A stretch of 57,727 nucleotides of DNA from Octopus bimaculoides. Its lineage: Eukaryota. The notes under the pieces are model-generated. The model was given only the letters and a program-made list of their open reading frames with translations. It was not told the origin of the DNA and did no database searches. Shown piece by piece: positions 1-11,989 of the stretch (the first letter of the stretch is position 1; every line of letters starts with the position of its first letter). The stretch is from positions 6,036,572-6,094,298 of the forward strand of contig NC_068990.1 of the NCBI RefSeq assembly GCF_001194135.2, written 5' to 3'. The translations under genes were made by a program, and so were the position numbers.

Positions 1-807
1 ATATATATATATATATATAATTTAATACAAGTTTTGCCATACACGACAAAATCATTTTACAGTTACGTCAGATAATATCAAGTAAAACATCGTAACACAA
101 AATAAATTCGTTTGTTTTTTTCTTTTCAGTATCAAATGTACTTTATTTTTTTTACTTCGTTTGTTAATCATGTCACTTGAAGTGTGAAAACTTGCTTGGA
201 TGTTTTCTTCCAGCTTTTACAAGAATTATTATACTATTCTGATCTAATTTTACATGTACAAGAAGACTATATAGTTTTTTATGTTTGAGTAAGATATGAG
301 GAGAAGTACTTGGTTATCGATTGTGTGATAGACTAAGTATTATGGAAAAAAATGTTCACATTTCTATGATAATCGCATTACCGAATATTTGGTCTTTAAA
401 TTCATTTGTACTATATACATTGCAATGGGGCCGTCTTTGATAATTTAAACGGTGTGCAATAATGGTATTGAGATTGAGCGATGTCAACTGTCATGAATAA
501 ATATAATTACTATGTTCCCCTACAGCAGTATGTGATTACATTTTATTGAATCACCATTGCTATAAAAGACATTGCAACTCTCTCAACACATATACGCACA
601 CATAAACCCAAACTTATATATATATATATATATNNNNNNNNNNNNNNNNNNNNNNNNNNNNNNNNNNNNNNNNNNNNNNNNNNNNNNNNNNNNNNNNNNN
701 NNNNNNNNNNNNNNNNNNNNNNNNNNNNNNNNNNNNNNNNNNNNNNNNNNNNNNNNNNNNNNNNNNNNNNNNNNNNNNNNNNNNNNNNNNNNNNNNNNNN
801 NNNNNNN

Positions 808-845
<38 letters not shown>

Positions 846-1293
846 TGAATGAACAACCATAGGAAGTGAAACAGCGAGAGGGACAAATTTTACCAAAAGT
901 TTTATCAGATTAACGCTTGAAAGGAAAGGAAAAGGACGTTTAAGGTTTCGAATGCAATCCCTTCATGAGAATTAAGAAAAAAGGGACGAGGGGTGGTGGA
1001 GAGGGGGAAAATATTTAGGTGACCGGGTGAGTATGTAGTTCTAATAGGCCGGGTGTTGTGCTCATGTATAAGAGGGTACCTTGAAGGTAGATGGGCTTAA
1101 GGAGAAGGATGTGATGTGTGGGTTGATAACCCATGCACGCACATACGCATACACAAACACACACTTATATACATACACACACACTCATACATACACATAT
1201 AACGATGCATATTCAAAAATTTAAAAGCATGAAAATTGTAAATACAATATAATTGTGTGTCTGTTTGAATTTGTATGGTGTATATATGCTAGG

Positions 1294-1458
1294 AAGCCGA
1301 GCGAGATGCTTAGCAGCATTTCTTCTGTCTTTATGTTCTGGGCCCAAATTCCACTGAGGTCGACTTTGCCTTTCATCCTTTCAGGGTCGATAAAATTAGT
1401 AACAGTTGAACACTGGGGTTGATGTAATCAGCTTAACCCTCTCCCAAAATTTGAGACC
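1294..1458 (+). mobile_element. SINE family A, 5'-truncated copy
   Basis: Shares the central block GTCGACTTTGCCTTTCATCCTTTC.GGGTCGATAAA...CTGGGG.TGATGTAATC with about a dozen other copies in the window. Confidence 0.85.
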
Positions 1459-1479
1459 AATGTTATGCAATATACATGC

Positions 1480-1563
1480 ATACAAACAGATTAATACAAA
1501 CAGATTAATACAAACAGATTAATACAAACAGATTAATACAAACAGATTAATACAAACAGATTA
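1480..1563 (+). repeat. 14-bp minisatellite, 6 perfect copies of ATACAAACAGATTA
   Basis: Counted directly; no spacers. Confidence 0.95.
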
Positions 1564-2262
1564 ATATTTGTAAATTCATGGGAGCGTAGTTATGCGGTGT
1601 GCACTTCTTATTTGACTATGTTTATCAATACTTCTATTGAATATACTACAATGTATGAGCGTCACTGTATCACATTTACTTTAATTCCGCTTTCTCAAGT
1701 ATTTTCGAATAACTGCTAATTTCCCACCCTTTCCACCCTTCATTTTTAATTGAATGTTTTAAATTGATTTTCAACCTTCTACCTACTCCATGATTAAATA
1801 GTATTTTTTTTTTTAATCTAATTAATTTCGCCATAAAACATGGATTTACACTTAATGTAAACATTAACATGTTTTCTCATAAATTTAAACTTCGAGCCTT
1901 GACCAAATACTTTGCCGTTAATTCCTGTAATTTTCTGTTCCAAATGAATAATTTCATTAAATAAAAGCAAACTTGATTTTAGAAGAATTCCTTTCTTACC
2001 AAGAGGCTTGTCGGATGAAAGCAACTTAGCACTCAATCAATAGCTTTGAAAGTTGTTTTATTACATTAAGATTTCGTCGGTCAATCTGATATTTACTAGG
2101 AATATTTCTGAAAATACTTCCGGCGCCAGTCTCTCTCTTTTTCTCCAATATACGTAGAGTTAACGTCGTTATATAACCGCTTTTCAACCAACTCAAAATT
2201 GCCGACGCTGTTTTCTTTACATTTATCCCCTTTAAGAGAAGCGCATATAGATATGTGTTACG

Positions 2263-2304
<42 letters not shown>

Positions 2305-3302
2305 NNNNNNNNNNNNNNNNNNNNNNNNNNNNNNNNNNNNNNNNNNNNNNNNNNNNNNNNNNNNNNNNNNNNNNNNNNNNNNNNNNNNNNNNNNNNNNNN
2401 NNNNNNNNNNNNNNNNNNNNNNNNNNNNNNNNNNNNNNNNNNNNNNNNNNNNNNNNNNNNNNNNNNNNNNNNNNNNNNNNNNNNNNNNNNNNNNNNNNNN
2501 NNNNNNNNNNNNNNNNNNNNNNNNNNNNNNNNNNNNNNNNNNNNNNNNNNNNNNNNNNNNNNNNNNNNNNNNNNNNNNNNNNNNNNNNNNNNNNNNNNNN
2601 NNNNNNNNNNNNNNNNNNNNNNNNNNNNNNNNNNNNNNNNNNNNNNNNNNNNNNNNNNNNNNNNNNNNNNNNNNNNNNNNNNNNNNNNNNNNNNNNNNNN
2701 NNNNNNNNNNNNNNNNNNNNNNNNNNNNNNNNNNNNNNNNNNNNNNNNNNNNNNNNNNNNNNNNNNNNNNNNNNNNNNNNNNNNNNNNNNNNNNNNNNNN
2801 NNNNNNNNNNNNNNNNNNNNNNNNNNNNNNNNNNNNNNNNNNNNNNNNNNNNNNNNNNNNNNNNNNNNNNNNNNNNNNNNNNNNNNNNNNNNNNNNNNNN
2901 NNNNNNNNNNNNNNNNNNNNNNNNNNNNNNNNNNNNNNNNNNNNNNNNNNNNNNNNNNNNNNNNNNNNNNNNNNNNNNNNNNGGTCGACGTTATTTTTAA
3001 TATATATATATATATATATCCGTTCATTGATGACTGTCGGAAGAAAAGGAACTTGATATCGGAGTCGGGATAAATAATATATTTTGGTTGAGTAAGACTT
3101 GTGTGTTTCGCTTGTGCGTACTCAGAGCCATTCGTTTCACTAAGAGAATAAAACTGTATGTACGTATGTATGTATGTAAGTACATAGGTATGTATGTATG
3201 TAGGTACGTACGTGTGTATATATGTATATATGTATGTACGTACGTATGTATGTATGCATGTATGCATGCATGCATGTATGCATGTATATAGGTATGTATA
3301 GC

Positions 3303-3510
3303 CTTTTTCTCTTTTGGGTGGCTTTAGCCATGAGATTGCGGCCATGCTGGAACACCGAAATAAGGAAAGTTGAGCTGATCAAAACAACCTCAGTACTTAT
3401 TCTTTGTTTGGGACTCATTCTATCGCATCCTCTTTGCTGAACTGCTAGTTTACTGAAACGTAAACAAACCAGCACAGGTCGTCAAGCAACGAGAGTCAAT
3501 CGCAAATATA
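3303..3510 (-). mobile_element. SINE family B, 3' part
   Basis: Reverse complement of GGTGTTCCAGCATGGCCGCA tail and GATAGAAT.AGTCC...AGAATAAGTACT block shared with other B copies. Confidence 0.75.
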
Positions 3511-3606
3511 CACACACGCACGCACACATCTCTCTCTCTCTCTGTCTCTCTCTCTCTCTCCATATATATATAGTCAAAATAAGCAACAAGGATAACGAGA
3601 GGTAAA

Positions 3607-3691
3607 GCAGTACGATCGTTTCAAGCAACACCATTTAATTGAACAATGTAATCATTACATCAATTTGAAATGGAGAGCAATCTTCAGCTGC
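3607..3691 (-). ncRNA. Type I hammerhead ribozyme motif with long stem II
   Basis: Minus strand: gcag-CUGAAGA-58-nt imperfect hairpin-GAAAC-gauc-GUA-cugc. Core boxes intact; stem II closing pair is U-U rather than the canonical G-C. Confidence 0.6.
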
Positions 3692-4805
3692 ACAAAGACA
3701 TAGAATTTAATTAAATTAGAACAGATCTTTTAACTGATACTAAACATCAGTCTTTTATTGATATTAGCTATACAAGTTGAATTTAAAATTTTTACTCCAA
3801 TATATTTTAAATCATTATACTTTTTCTATATAAATCTTCTCTATTTGTGTTAATAAGCTAAATATACTTTACCATAGTATTGGTAATTTAGCTATTTAAT
3901 TTCTATAGTATTCTGCTCTAATTGATTATTTTATTTCATTTCTTTATTAATTAATTACTAACCTTTATTCATAAATAAATTAAGCAAATCTTTGTATCTC
4001 TATTAATTCATAGTTAGCATATATAAAACTGTACTGATATATTTACTGCATATATATTAAAAAAAACTCCTTAGAATATAATTTTATTAATATATAATTA
4101 GAATGTTCTTTTACCTCAATACTCCTTTATTAATATCAGTATATACCTATTAATCAATATTCATAGATATGATGAGTTAGTTTTTTAAGTGTACAGAATA
4201 TATAAATATTAAACTATTTCTGAATAATTTTCTTTTTCTTCTTCCCTCTATTGTGGTGAAAGTTTGGTATATACTCAAAAGTATCCATAAATTTCTATCC
4301 TTTTGTTAATAGATTCTTACTAATAACCTTATGAATAGCCATAAACTTTGTTTGTATACAGTATAGCAGCATTGTTTTAAAACTTTTAACTATAGTGCAA
4401 CATGATAAGACTTCCCTTGTTTCATTATAAATGGTCTGCTAGTGGGTGACCCCTTAGTTGTCAGCCAACATCTTCTTTTAACTTTTCCTTTACCAAACCT
4501 CATGAGTTTATGACTATACCAACCACGATTTCTGTCTGCTCTATCACCCCTAACCCTAATAGATAATGCCCTTTATTCTCTTACGCTTTAGATATACAGG
4601 GTTTGATATGATAGTCTATAAATCTAAACTAAGAAAAAGTAAATAAAATCAGTGACAGGCAGTCTTCTTTGACATTTTATTTATTAGCTTCCATCGTGTG
4701 GCTAAAGCAGGATGTTCTCTGTCTCCCTAACCGCTGGGAGATTTTAGGCATCATTATGCTAATGTGTCCAGCTGTTCTAATTTTAATTAAATTCTATGTC
4801 TTTGT

Positions 4806-4890
4806 GCAGCTGAAGATTACTCTGCATTTTAAATTGATGTAATGATTACATTGTTCAATTAAATGGAGTTGCATGAAGCGACCGTACTGC
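4806..4890 (+). ncRNA. Type I hammerhead motif, mutated copy
   Basis: gcag-CUGAAGA-hairpin-GAAGC-gacc-GUA-cugc; GAAA box changed to GAAG, so likely inactive. Confidence 0.5.
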
Positions 4891-5149
4891 TTTACCTCTG
4901 GATATATCCTTGTTGCTTTTTTTTTTAATCACCTTACTTTGAAATTGTATGGATAATACCGTACTAAATTCTGGTGCCTAAACTTAAGTACCATATTCAC
5001 CTGAATCTAAATTTTTGCTGACCTCATCTACCATACCCTATATATATATATATATATATATTCTTAAGTATATATGTATGTGTACCTGACCGCGACGAGT
5101 TTTCGTACATTTTCCTTCTAACAATTTCGTTCACAAGTTATTGGTTAGC

Positions 5150-5235
5150 ACAGCGCTGCAGTGCAGGACACTTGCTCAAAATGTCATGCAGTAGAACTGA
5201 ACCCAAATCCACCTTGGTTACCCATGTTCCATCAG
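5150..5235 (-). mobile_element. SINE family B head fragment, degenerate
   Basis: Reverse complement resembles GGTTCAGTTC.ACTGC...TTGAGCAAGTGTC of the B head. Confidence 0.55.
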
Positions 5236-6092
5236 TCTTCCATTTCTAGCCAGTACTACTACACATCTAACAGTAAAAGTTTCAAAGTTATTCTCTCCGT
5301 ATTACGAGGTACAGATCTGGAATTGATTTGTGGTTTGGGGATGTATATTCATGATGATTTCATATTGTTAAAGGTTCCTCAGCTTCTATGCATATTGTGA
5401 CAATTTACACGAGACCAACCTTATCGCTAATGTCTTTCGCTGTGACCACCGTATTCCTTGTCTGTATATTGTGAGACTAGCCTATGAGCAGACGTGTAAT
5501 ACGCTACTTCAGCGTATCTCCCCACACTCGGTATTAAATATGAAACATACATTCTTCAAACGATAAACAGTTATCTTTAACTGTTATTCTAAGAACACAA
5601 CGAAGCAAAGAAAGCCTCATAGGTTTGAAAATGCATAAGTACTTCCTCCCATTTCATACTTGTGTGGTGATTTCTGGCAAAGATGTGCTTGTTTTGCTTA
5701 CATAATAATGCCAGATATTTGGCTTTTTTCAGCATGATATATAAAAAGTTGGTCTTTAATTGTTAGCCTTATCAAGGGATGAGAGTGGAGTTCGACTTTT
5801 GTCGGTAACATTTAAAATGCTTGAAGTATTTGGAAAATATGTCCTTGCGTGAGAGTGTTGTTGCTGTTGTTGCTCTGGTCCGATGTATCACTACTCACTT
5901 AAGTTTTGTTCTGTTTAAAGGTGTTATTATTACTTTTAATTTTGAAGTAAATATTTTGCTGTAAAGCATGTTCTTCATTTTCTGGCCTTTTGCAAAAAAA
6001 TTATATGCCATTGAAGTTTAAGTTGATAAAATCGAGAACGTAAAAAGCGATATGAAAAATACGTCTGAACAAGTAAACAGCCAATAATAATA

Positions 6093-6111
6093 CTGATGAT
6101 GATGATGGGGC

Positions 6112-6151
<40 letters not shown>
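6093..6151 (+). repeat. (GAT)n microsatellite
   Basis: Seen directly. Confidence 0.9.
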
Positions 6152-6152
<1 letters not shown>

Positions 6153-6687
6153 ACAATTAATGTTGTTGTTGTTGTTCCGCGAAGCAGAAACTATTGAATA
6201 TGTTCCCTATTTCTAAGGAACGTTCTGGGGGGTTTTTTGTGTTTGTTTGTTTCTTTTTTTTTTTTCCTCTCTCTTGCTATTATTTTATCATTCTCAGATT
6301 AGAATCAACAATTCAACAAAGAATTTCCCAAACAATGACTCTGCTTTATATATGAACATTTATAGTTTATCGGTTTTTTGTTTTTTTTATTATTTCCATG
6401 TGATTCATTTGAGGAGCATCATTTGCGAAGCCATATTTTTGTATATCGGAACTACTTTAAAACTGTACACGTAAATTGTATTTTATGAGACATCATATCT
6501 TTAATATAAAAGTGAGCAAATAGATAAATTGATAAACTATTTTCTTTGATTCTTAACTTATTTTGTCCTTTTTTCTTCTTTCTATCTCTTGTTATTGTTG
6601 GAATTGAAATAGTCTATTAAAAATTGTTCAGCTTATAGAACAAACATGGAACGTATTTTGGATTTAGACTTTCAATATATTTAACAT

Positions 6688-6915
6688 GAAGGCGGCGAGT
6701 AGGCAGAAACATTAGCACGCCGGGCGAAATGCTTAGCGGTTCTGATTTGGCAGTTGGAAGCTGAAATAAGCCCATCGTATATAGATATAGAGACACGACG
6801 GGCTTCTTTCAGCTTCCATCTACCAAATCAACCCATAAGGCCTGAGGCTATAGTAGAAGACACTTGTCAAGGTGCTGCGCAGTGGGACTGAACCCAAGAC
6901 CAAATATTTGGGAAG
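6688..6915. mobile_element. Chimera: SINE A head (+, 6688-6740) joined to a fold-back of SINE B sequence (6744-6829) and a SINE B head (-)
   Basis: GAAGGCGGCGAG...GCTTAGCGGT head, then a 35-bp inverted repeat, then the minus-strand B head (GAGGCTATAGTAGAAGACACTTG...CAGTGGGACTGAACC). Confidence 0.8.
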
Positions 6916-7036
6916 GCTATTGCATTCAGGACATTATTTTTTAACGTAATTATCCAAATGGATGTTATTGTCAAAAAAGTTGAAAAGGACGTTTTATTAA
7001 ACAAATGAGACACGTGTCATATTATGTATGTATGGG

Positions 7037-7459
<423 letters not shown>

Positions 7460-7878
7460 AGAATATATTATGCAGAATAATGAAAATAACAATAGGAACA
7501 GTTCATAAACATGATGTTAAGACAGTATAAAAGGTTAGTATTTGCATCAGAATATTGTCTGTGGAAAACAGCTTTAAGAATATATGTTTTCATAAACGGT
7601 GAATATGCCATTGTTATATAAGAATAAATATCTGTTTAGATAAGATAATGTATAATACAAGAACAAGGTAGCAACAACTTCAATTCAACATAAATAACAA
7701 CTACAATGAAGCGAATACACAAGACTAAATTGCAACAAAGAAGATATAATAGGATATCAGCCCTGATATGTATATATACTTAAGCCGACATATATAGATG
7801 TAATGTATCGCATTGCATAGCCTCTTATGGGGCATGTGCCTGACCAAATACGTGTATAAATGTGTGTGCGCGAGCGCG

Positions 7879-7917
<39 letters not shown>

Positions 7918-8888
7918 TGCTGGTGAGTGTCTGCGTATGTATATGCATAATTTGTTTTTCATCCAATGACTGCTTTTTAAGAGAGACAAATGCATGTCAG
8001 TGATTATATATATATATATATGAAGATATACATATATGCATGTGTGTGCGTATGCACGTGTATGCGTGAATGTGTGTATGTATCTGGATGTGTATATATA
8101 TTTGTAAACACACACACATATATATATATATATATANNNNNNNNNNNNNNNNNNNNNNNNNNNNNNNNNNNNNNNNNNNNNNNNNNNNNNNNNNNNNNNN
8201 NNNNNNNNNNNNNNNNNNNNNNNNNNNNNNNNNNNNNNNNNNNNNNNNNNNNNNNNNNNNNNNNNNNNNNNNNNNNNNNNNNNNNNNNNNNNNNNNNNNN
8301 NNNNNNNNNNNNNNNNNNNNNNNNNNNNNNNNNNNNNNNNNNNNNNNNNNNNNNNNNNNNNNNNNNNNNNNNNNNNNNNNNNNNNNNNNNNNNNNNNNNN
8401 NNNNNNNNNNNNNNNNNNNNNNNNNNNNNNNNNNNNNNNNNNNNNNNNNNNNNNNNNNNNNNNNNNNNNNNNNNNNNNNNNNNNNNNNNNNNNNNNNNNN
8501 NNNNNNNNNNNNNNNNNNNNNNNNNNNNNNNNNNNNNNNNNNNNNNNNNNNNNNNNNNNNNNNNNNNNNNNNNNNNNNCCTCAGATATTTACTACTTCCG
8601 AGGTTCCGCTCACTATGAAACGTATGTAGCCCAGATTTTATCAACCCCATTCCTTAACTCTTAACTATTTTTATTCGCATAACTGGCAACACTGGCTGCC
8701 CACCTTGAAATATGAATATGAAATAATTTTTTTCAGCATATCGTAGTTCGATACGGAAAAAATCCACAACCTTCCGCCCTAGTAAACAACTATTTTTCAT
8801 GAAAGTTATTTTTTTATGTATATATTTTATACGAATTGTTTCAAGCTTACCGTTTTCCTACACCTCGATCCTTGGATCCTACACTTAT

Positions 8889-8944
<56 letters not shown>

Positions 8945-8996
8945 GGAGTATGAAGAATTTAAACATTCAAACTTTATGTTTATTTACAGTTGGTTT

Positions 8997-9090
8997 ATTG
9001 TCCGACACGTGTTTCGATCGCATTAATTGCATATTGTAACATCTTTATATGCAGCGATTTATGCATTATTAGTACGATCTCTTCGGAATG
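8997..9090 (-). ncRNA. Hammerhead ribozyme remnant, PLE-type
   Basis: Minus strand: CCGAAGA-gaucg...cgauc-GAAAC-acgu-GUC; perfect 5-bp stem II base, palindromic stem III; stem I degraded. Confidence 0.5.
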
Positions 9091-9146
9091 TATATATATA
9101 TATATATGACATCGATTTTCCTCCGTTATTAGTTTGAATTAAGCTC

Positions 9147-9148
<2 letters not shown>

Positions 9149-9207
<59 letters not shown>
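9149..9207 (+). repeat. (AGT)n microsatellite; (GATA)n also at ~8888-8943
   Basis: Seen directly. Confidence 0.95.
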
Positions 9208-10152
9208 AATCATGATGTTCATCGATGAGCTGTTTTTCACAGCTGATAGTTTGGGCAAATTTCAGCGGCAGCAGTGTCGAACAATTATTATGAATAAACC
9301 GACTGTAAATAAGCGTAAAGTTTGAAAATTCAAATTCTCCATTCTCCTTCTTATCAATATTGTACTTTACGTTCTAAGTAACCAAGTAAAACCTGTAATA
9401 TCGGATGGGAGTTAAAGGAAATTTACCATAAAACGCACCATCTGAAGGAACCAGCCTTGGCATTTTAAATAGAGAAATTCGGAATCTGCCTTGATATCAT
9501 ATCTCTCCTTTTACTATATATAGAACAAAAGCGGGGTGTATTTCCAGGAAGGAAAACATATAGGAATATTTGTTGTTGAAAATGCACTTGAATTTGAAAA
9601 ATTTGTAATTGTTTTTAAATAAAATTATTTATTATCTATATACATACCAAACTAGTTTCAACAATATCTTTTGTTTATCAATGGTAAACATTTAAAATAG
9701 CGAGGTAGAAAAATATGCTTGAAAGTTTCAATGTTTACAAGATTCAATAATATCAAATATGATTTTAAAATTCACAACATCCAATAATATATAAAATGTT
9801 GATCCTCTTGTTTAAATGCACAAAATTCAATAGTGTTAGAAGTGATCGATAAGAAATGCGGATCACCAAAGGTTCGGTCGTACTGAGTTCAGAGGGAGAA
9901 AAACAAGCGAGAAAATGAAGATAGTACTTTAACGAATCAAAAATCCGATCCGTTCGCAGAAAACTATTATAGATACACTGGATTCAAAAAATGCTGTTAC
10001 AAGCATGCTGTAAAATACGTAAACAACGAGGAAAAATGGGAATCAGGACAAGTAAACACAGAGAAAATACTCGTCATCAGTTGGCGGCTGTCTATCTACT
10101 CCTCATTTCGAGCATTCAACTGTTGGTGGCGTCTTGTACCCATATATGCATC

Positions 10153-10189
<37 letters not shown>

Positions 10190-10199
10190 NNNNNNNNNN

Positions 10200-10241
<42 letters not shown>

Positions 10242-10261
10242 TATATTATTTATTATTTAAT

Positions 10262-10395
10262 TGAAAAAATCACCAAGGACATACATATGCCAAACCCAGG
10301 GGGCCTAAAATTGCGACCCATTATAGCTGGCCCAGCCTGTGAAACACACACACTATGTCTATTTATGGACATCCTCCTGAAACCCTTCCTTAAAT
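10262..10395 (+). pseudogene. Penelope-like reverse transcriptase fragment (N-terminal motifs)
   Basis: KDIHMPNPGGLKLRPIIAGPACETHTLCLFMDILLKPF resembles the PLE RT pattern PKIHK..PLRPIVA....TH.LS.FLD.LL.P. Confidence 0.75.
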
Positions 10396-10453
10396 ATCGA
10401 ACTCAGGACCTTATGGCCGTGAGTCGAATAACCTAACAAGTTAGGAATGCGCT

Positions 10454-10496
10454 TTCTGACTGATAAGACACATATCGAAACACCGGTGTCCCAGAA
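10454..10496 (+). ncRNA. Minimal type I hammerhead motif, core-mutated
   Basis: uucuga-CUGAUAA-gac-acau-auc-GAAAC-accggu-GUC-ccagaa; 10-bp palindrome ACACCGGTGT; G8 changed to A. Confidence 0.55.
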
Positions 10497-11411
10497 TTCT
10501 TTATACTAATGAATGCGCTGTGCTATGAACATATATTTGTCATAAAGGAGCTGTTCTCCTCTGACGAATACACCACCGATTAGCATATCCGCGTTCGAAT
10601 CTGCCAATACGTATTAAGAATAAATATGGAAGTCTTGTAGTATATACATATATGTGTGTACCTCTGTGTGTACCTCTGTGTGTATGTGTGTGTGTGTATC
10701 TATCTATTTATCTATCTACGTCTAAAGCTCTAATATAATTTAATATTTCATGAAGTAGAGTTATAACTCTTATTAGGTTATTATTTCGCAGAATTGATTC
10801 CGTTCCGCCTTCTAGAATCTGGTGTAAACTGCTAAAACATCAAAGAAAGAAAAGCTTATATATTCTTGCAGGAATATACAATGGCATATTGTACAGCTCA
10901 CTGATAATATAACATAATGGAGAAAGAATGTTTTTATCTATTCTGCCTTTGACAATCTTGTAAATGGATATTCTTTTACCCAGTTGTGATTAGCCAGCAG
11001 GAACAGACCCTATCCTTCTACAGTGTCTTGCAGATCAGCAGACAGGAATGGAAAAGTCAAGAATTCTACAATCTCTCCCTAATTTCATCACTCATACAAT
11101 CACGTACTCACGCAATATTTTGTTAAAAGTTCCAGGAGTGATGTTGTTTGGAATGTCTATAGAATGACATCACTACACCTGGAACTTTTTAATAAAATCA
11201 TTTACATAACCCAAAAACCACACATTCTACTCACTCTAAACGCAGTTTTATAAAATTTCCAAATCCTATACTCATGGCTAAGAAGTAGACTTCGGCAATT
11301 TTTCAGCTATAATATTTATTGACAATCCAAAGGAACTAACTGAAGTTTATGTAAATTTGTGTTACAACCGCTACCGAAATAAATTTACATTTAGCCCAGA
11401 TTGATATTTAA

Positions 11412-11633
11412 GCTTTTAGCATTTAAACCGGCCATATCCAGCCAAAATAATCCAGCTGTTTTATCTTCAACCTAACCAAACCTGGTCTCTCATATTTACC
11501 CTAGAATATTATTCTAAAAATAAGCAATAACATCATTGAAATCTCAAAGCTGCAAGATAATGCTTGACTAATTGAAATCAATGTGACTAAATTAGCATTA
11601 CATTTGACGGAGAAATCTGAATGCTCAAAGGAG
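11412..11633 (+). mobile_element. piggyBac-type MITE, degraded copy
   Basis: Homologous along its length to 49251-49461; TTAA at 11408-11411; right end eroded. Confidence 0.65.
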
Positions 11634-11989
11634 GTGAAGAAACACTGGTTTAACCCAAACAGGGTCAAATGTTTTCTTTTGTGCATGAAACTTGAGTTAC
11701 TGTCAGAAACCATTGAAGTTACTTTTGATAAAATCTGTATTAAATAATAACTGATATAAATGTTTGATGGCTGGTTGGTTGATTGATTTCTCTAGTCACG
11801 CTTTACATTGTACCGAGAAAGAGCAAAACAGTAAAAGAGGTGAGAGAATAAAAGATACAGAGAGAGTTAACATAGGAGGTGCAGGATGAGTACACATACT
11901 AGGTTTGGTGGTAAGCAGTGAGTAAAGGAAAGCTATATACACTCACACACAGTGAGAAAGAGCTATAAATACGGTGTAGGAGAAGAAGG

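Larger units (their letters stand above)
3581..4918 (-). mobile_element. Penelope-like retroelement, 5'-truncated, with inverted pseudo-LTRs (3581-3724 and 4772-4918) and a decayed GIY-YIG endonuclease region
   Basis: Arms align at ~90% in inverted orientation. The minus-strand interior translates, with many stops, to PLE-like motifs: EYIPNF.HHNRG, GIY*Y..RSIEVKEHSNYI, FIYE*R..EIK*SI. Each arm carries a hammerhead motif. Inverted repeat is certain; PLE assignment is by motif recognition. Confidence 0.7.

Noticed and set aside
925-975. Hammerhead-like CUCAUGA...GAAAC...GUC on the minus strand
   Set aside because: Core mutated and no stem I pairing possible.
1676-2036. Two overlapping minus-strand ORFs (64 and 72 aa)
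   Set aside because: No recognisable motif and no convincing splice sites.
3730-4400. Fungal RIP-like mutation or contamination
   Set aside because: Flanked seamlessly by host SINEs and microsatellites; bias unquantified and RIP is not established in molluscs. Kept only as a low-interest divergence question.
4548-4559. CCCTAACCCTAA inside the Penelope element
   Set aside because: Only two units; compatible with chance, so not evidence of telomere targeting.
11501-11713. 70-aa minus-strand ORF
   Set aside because: Mostly overlaps the decayed piggyBac-type MITE.
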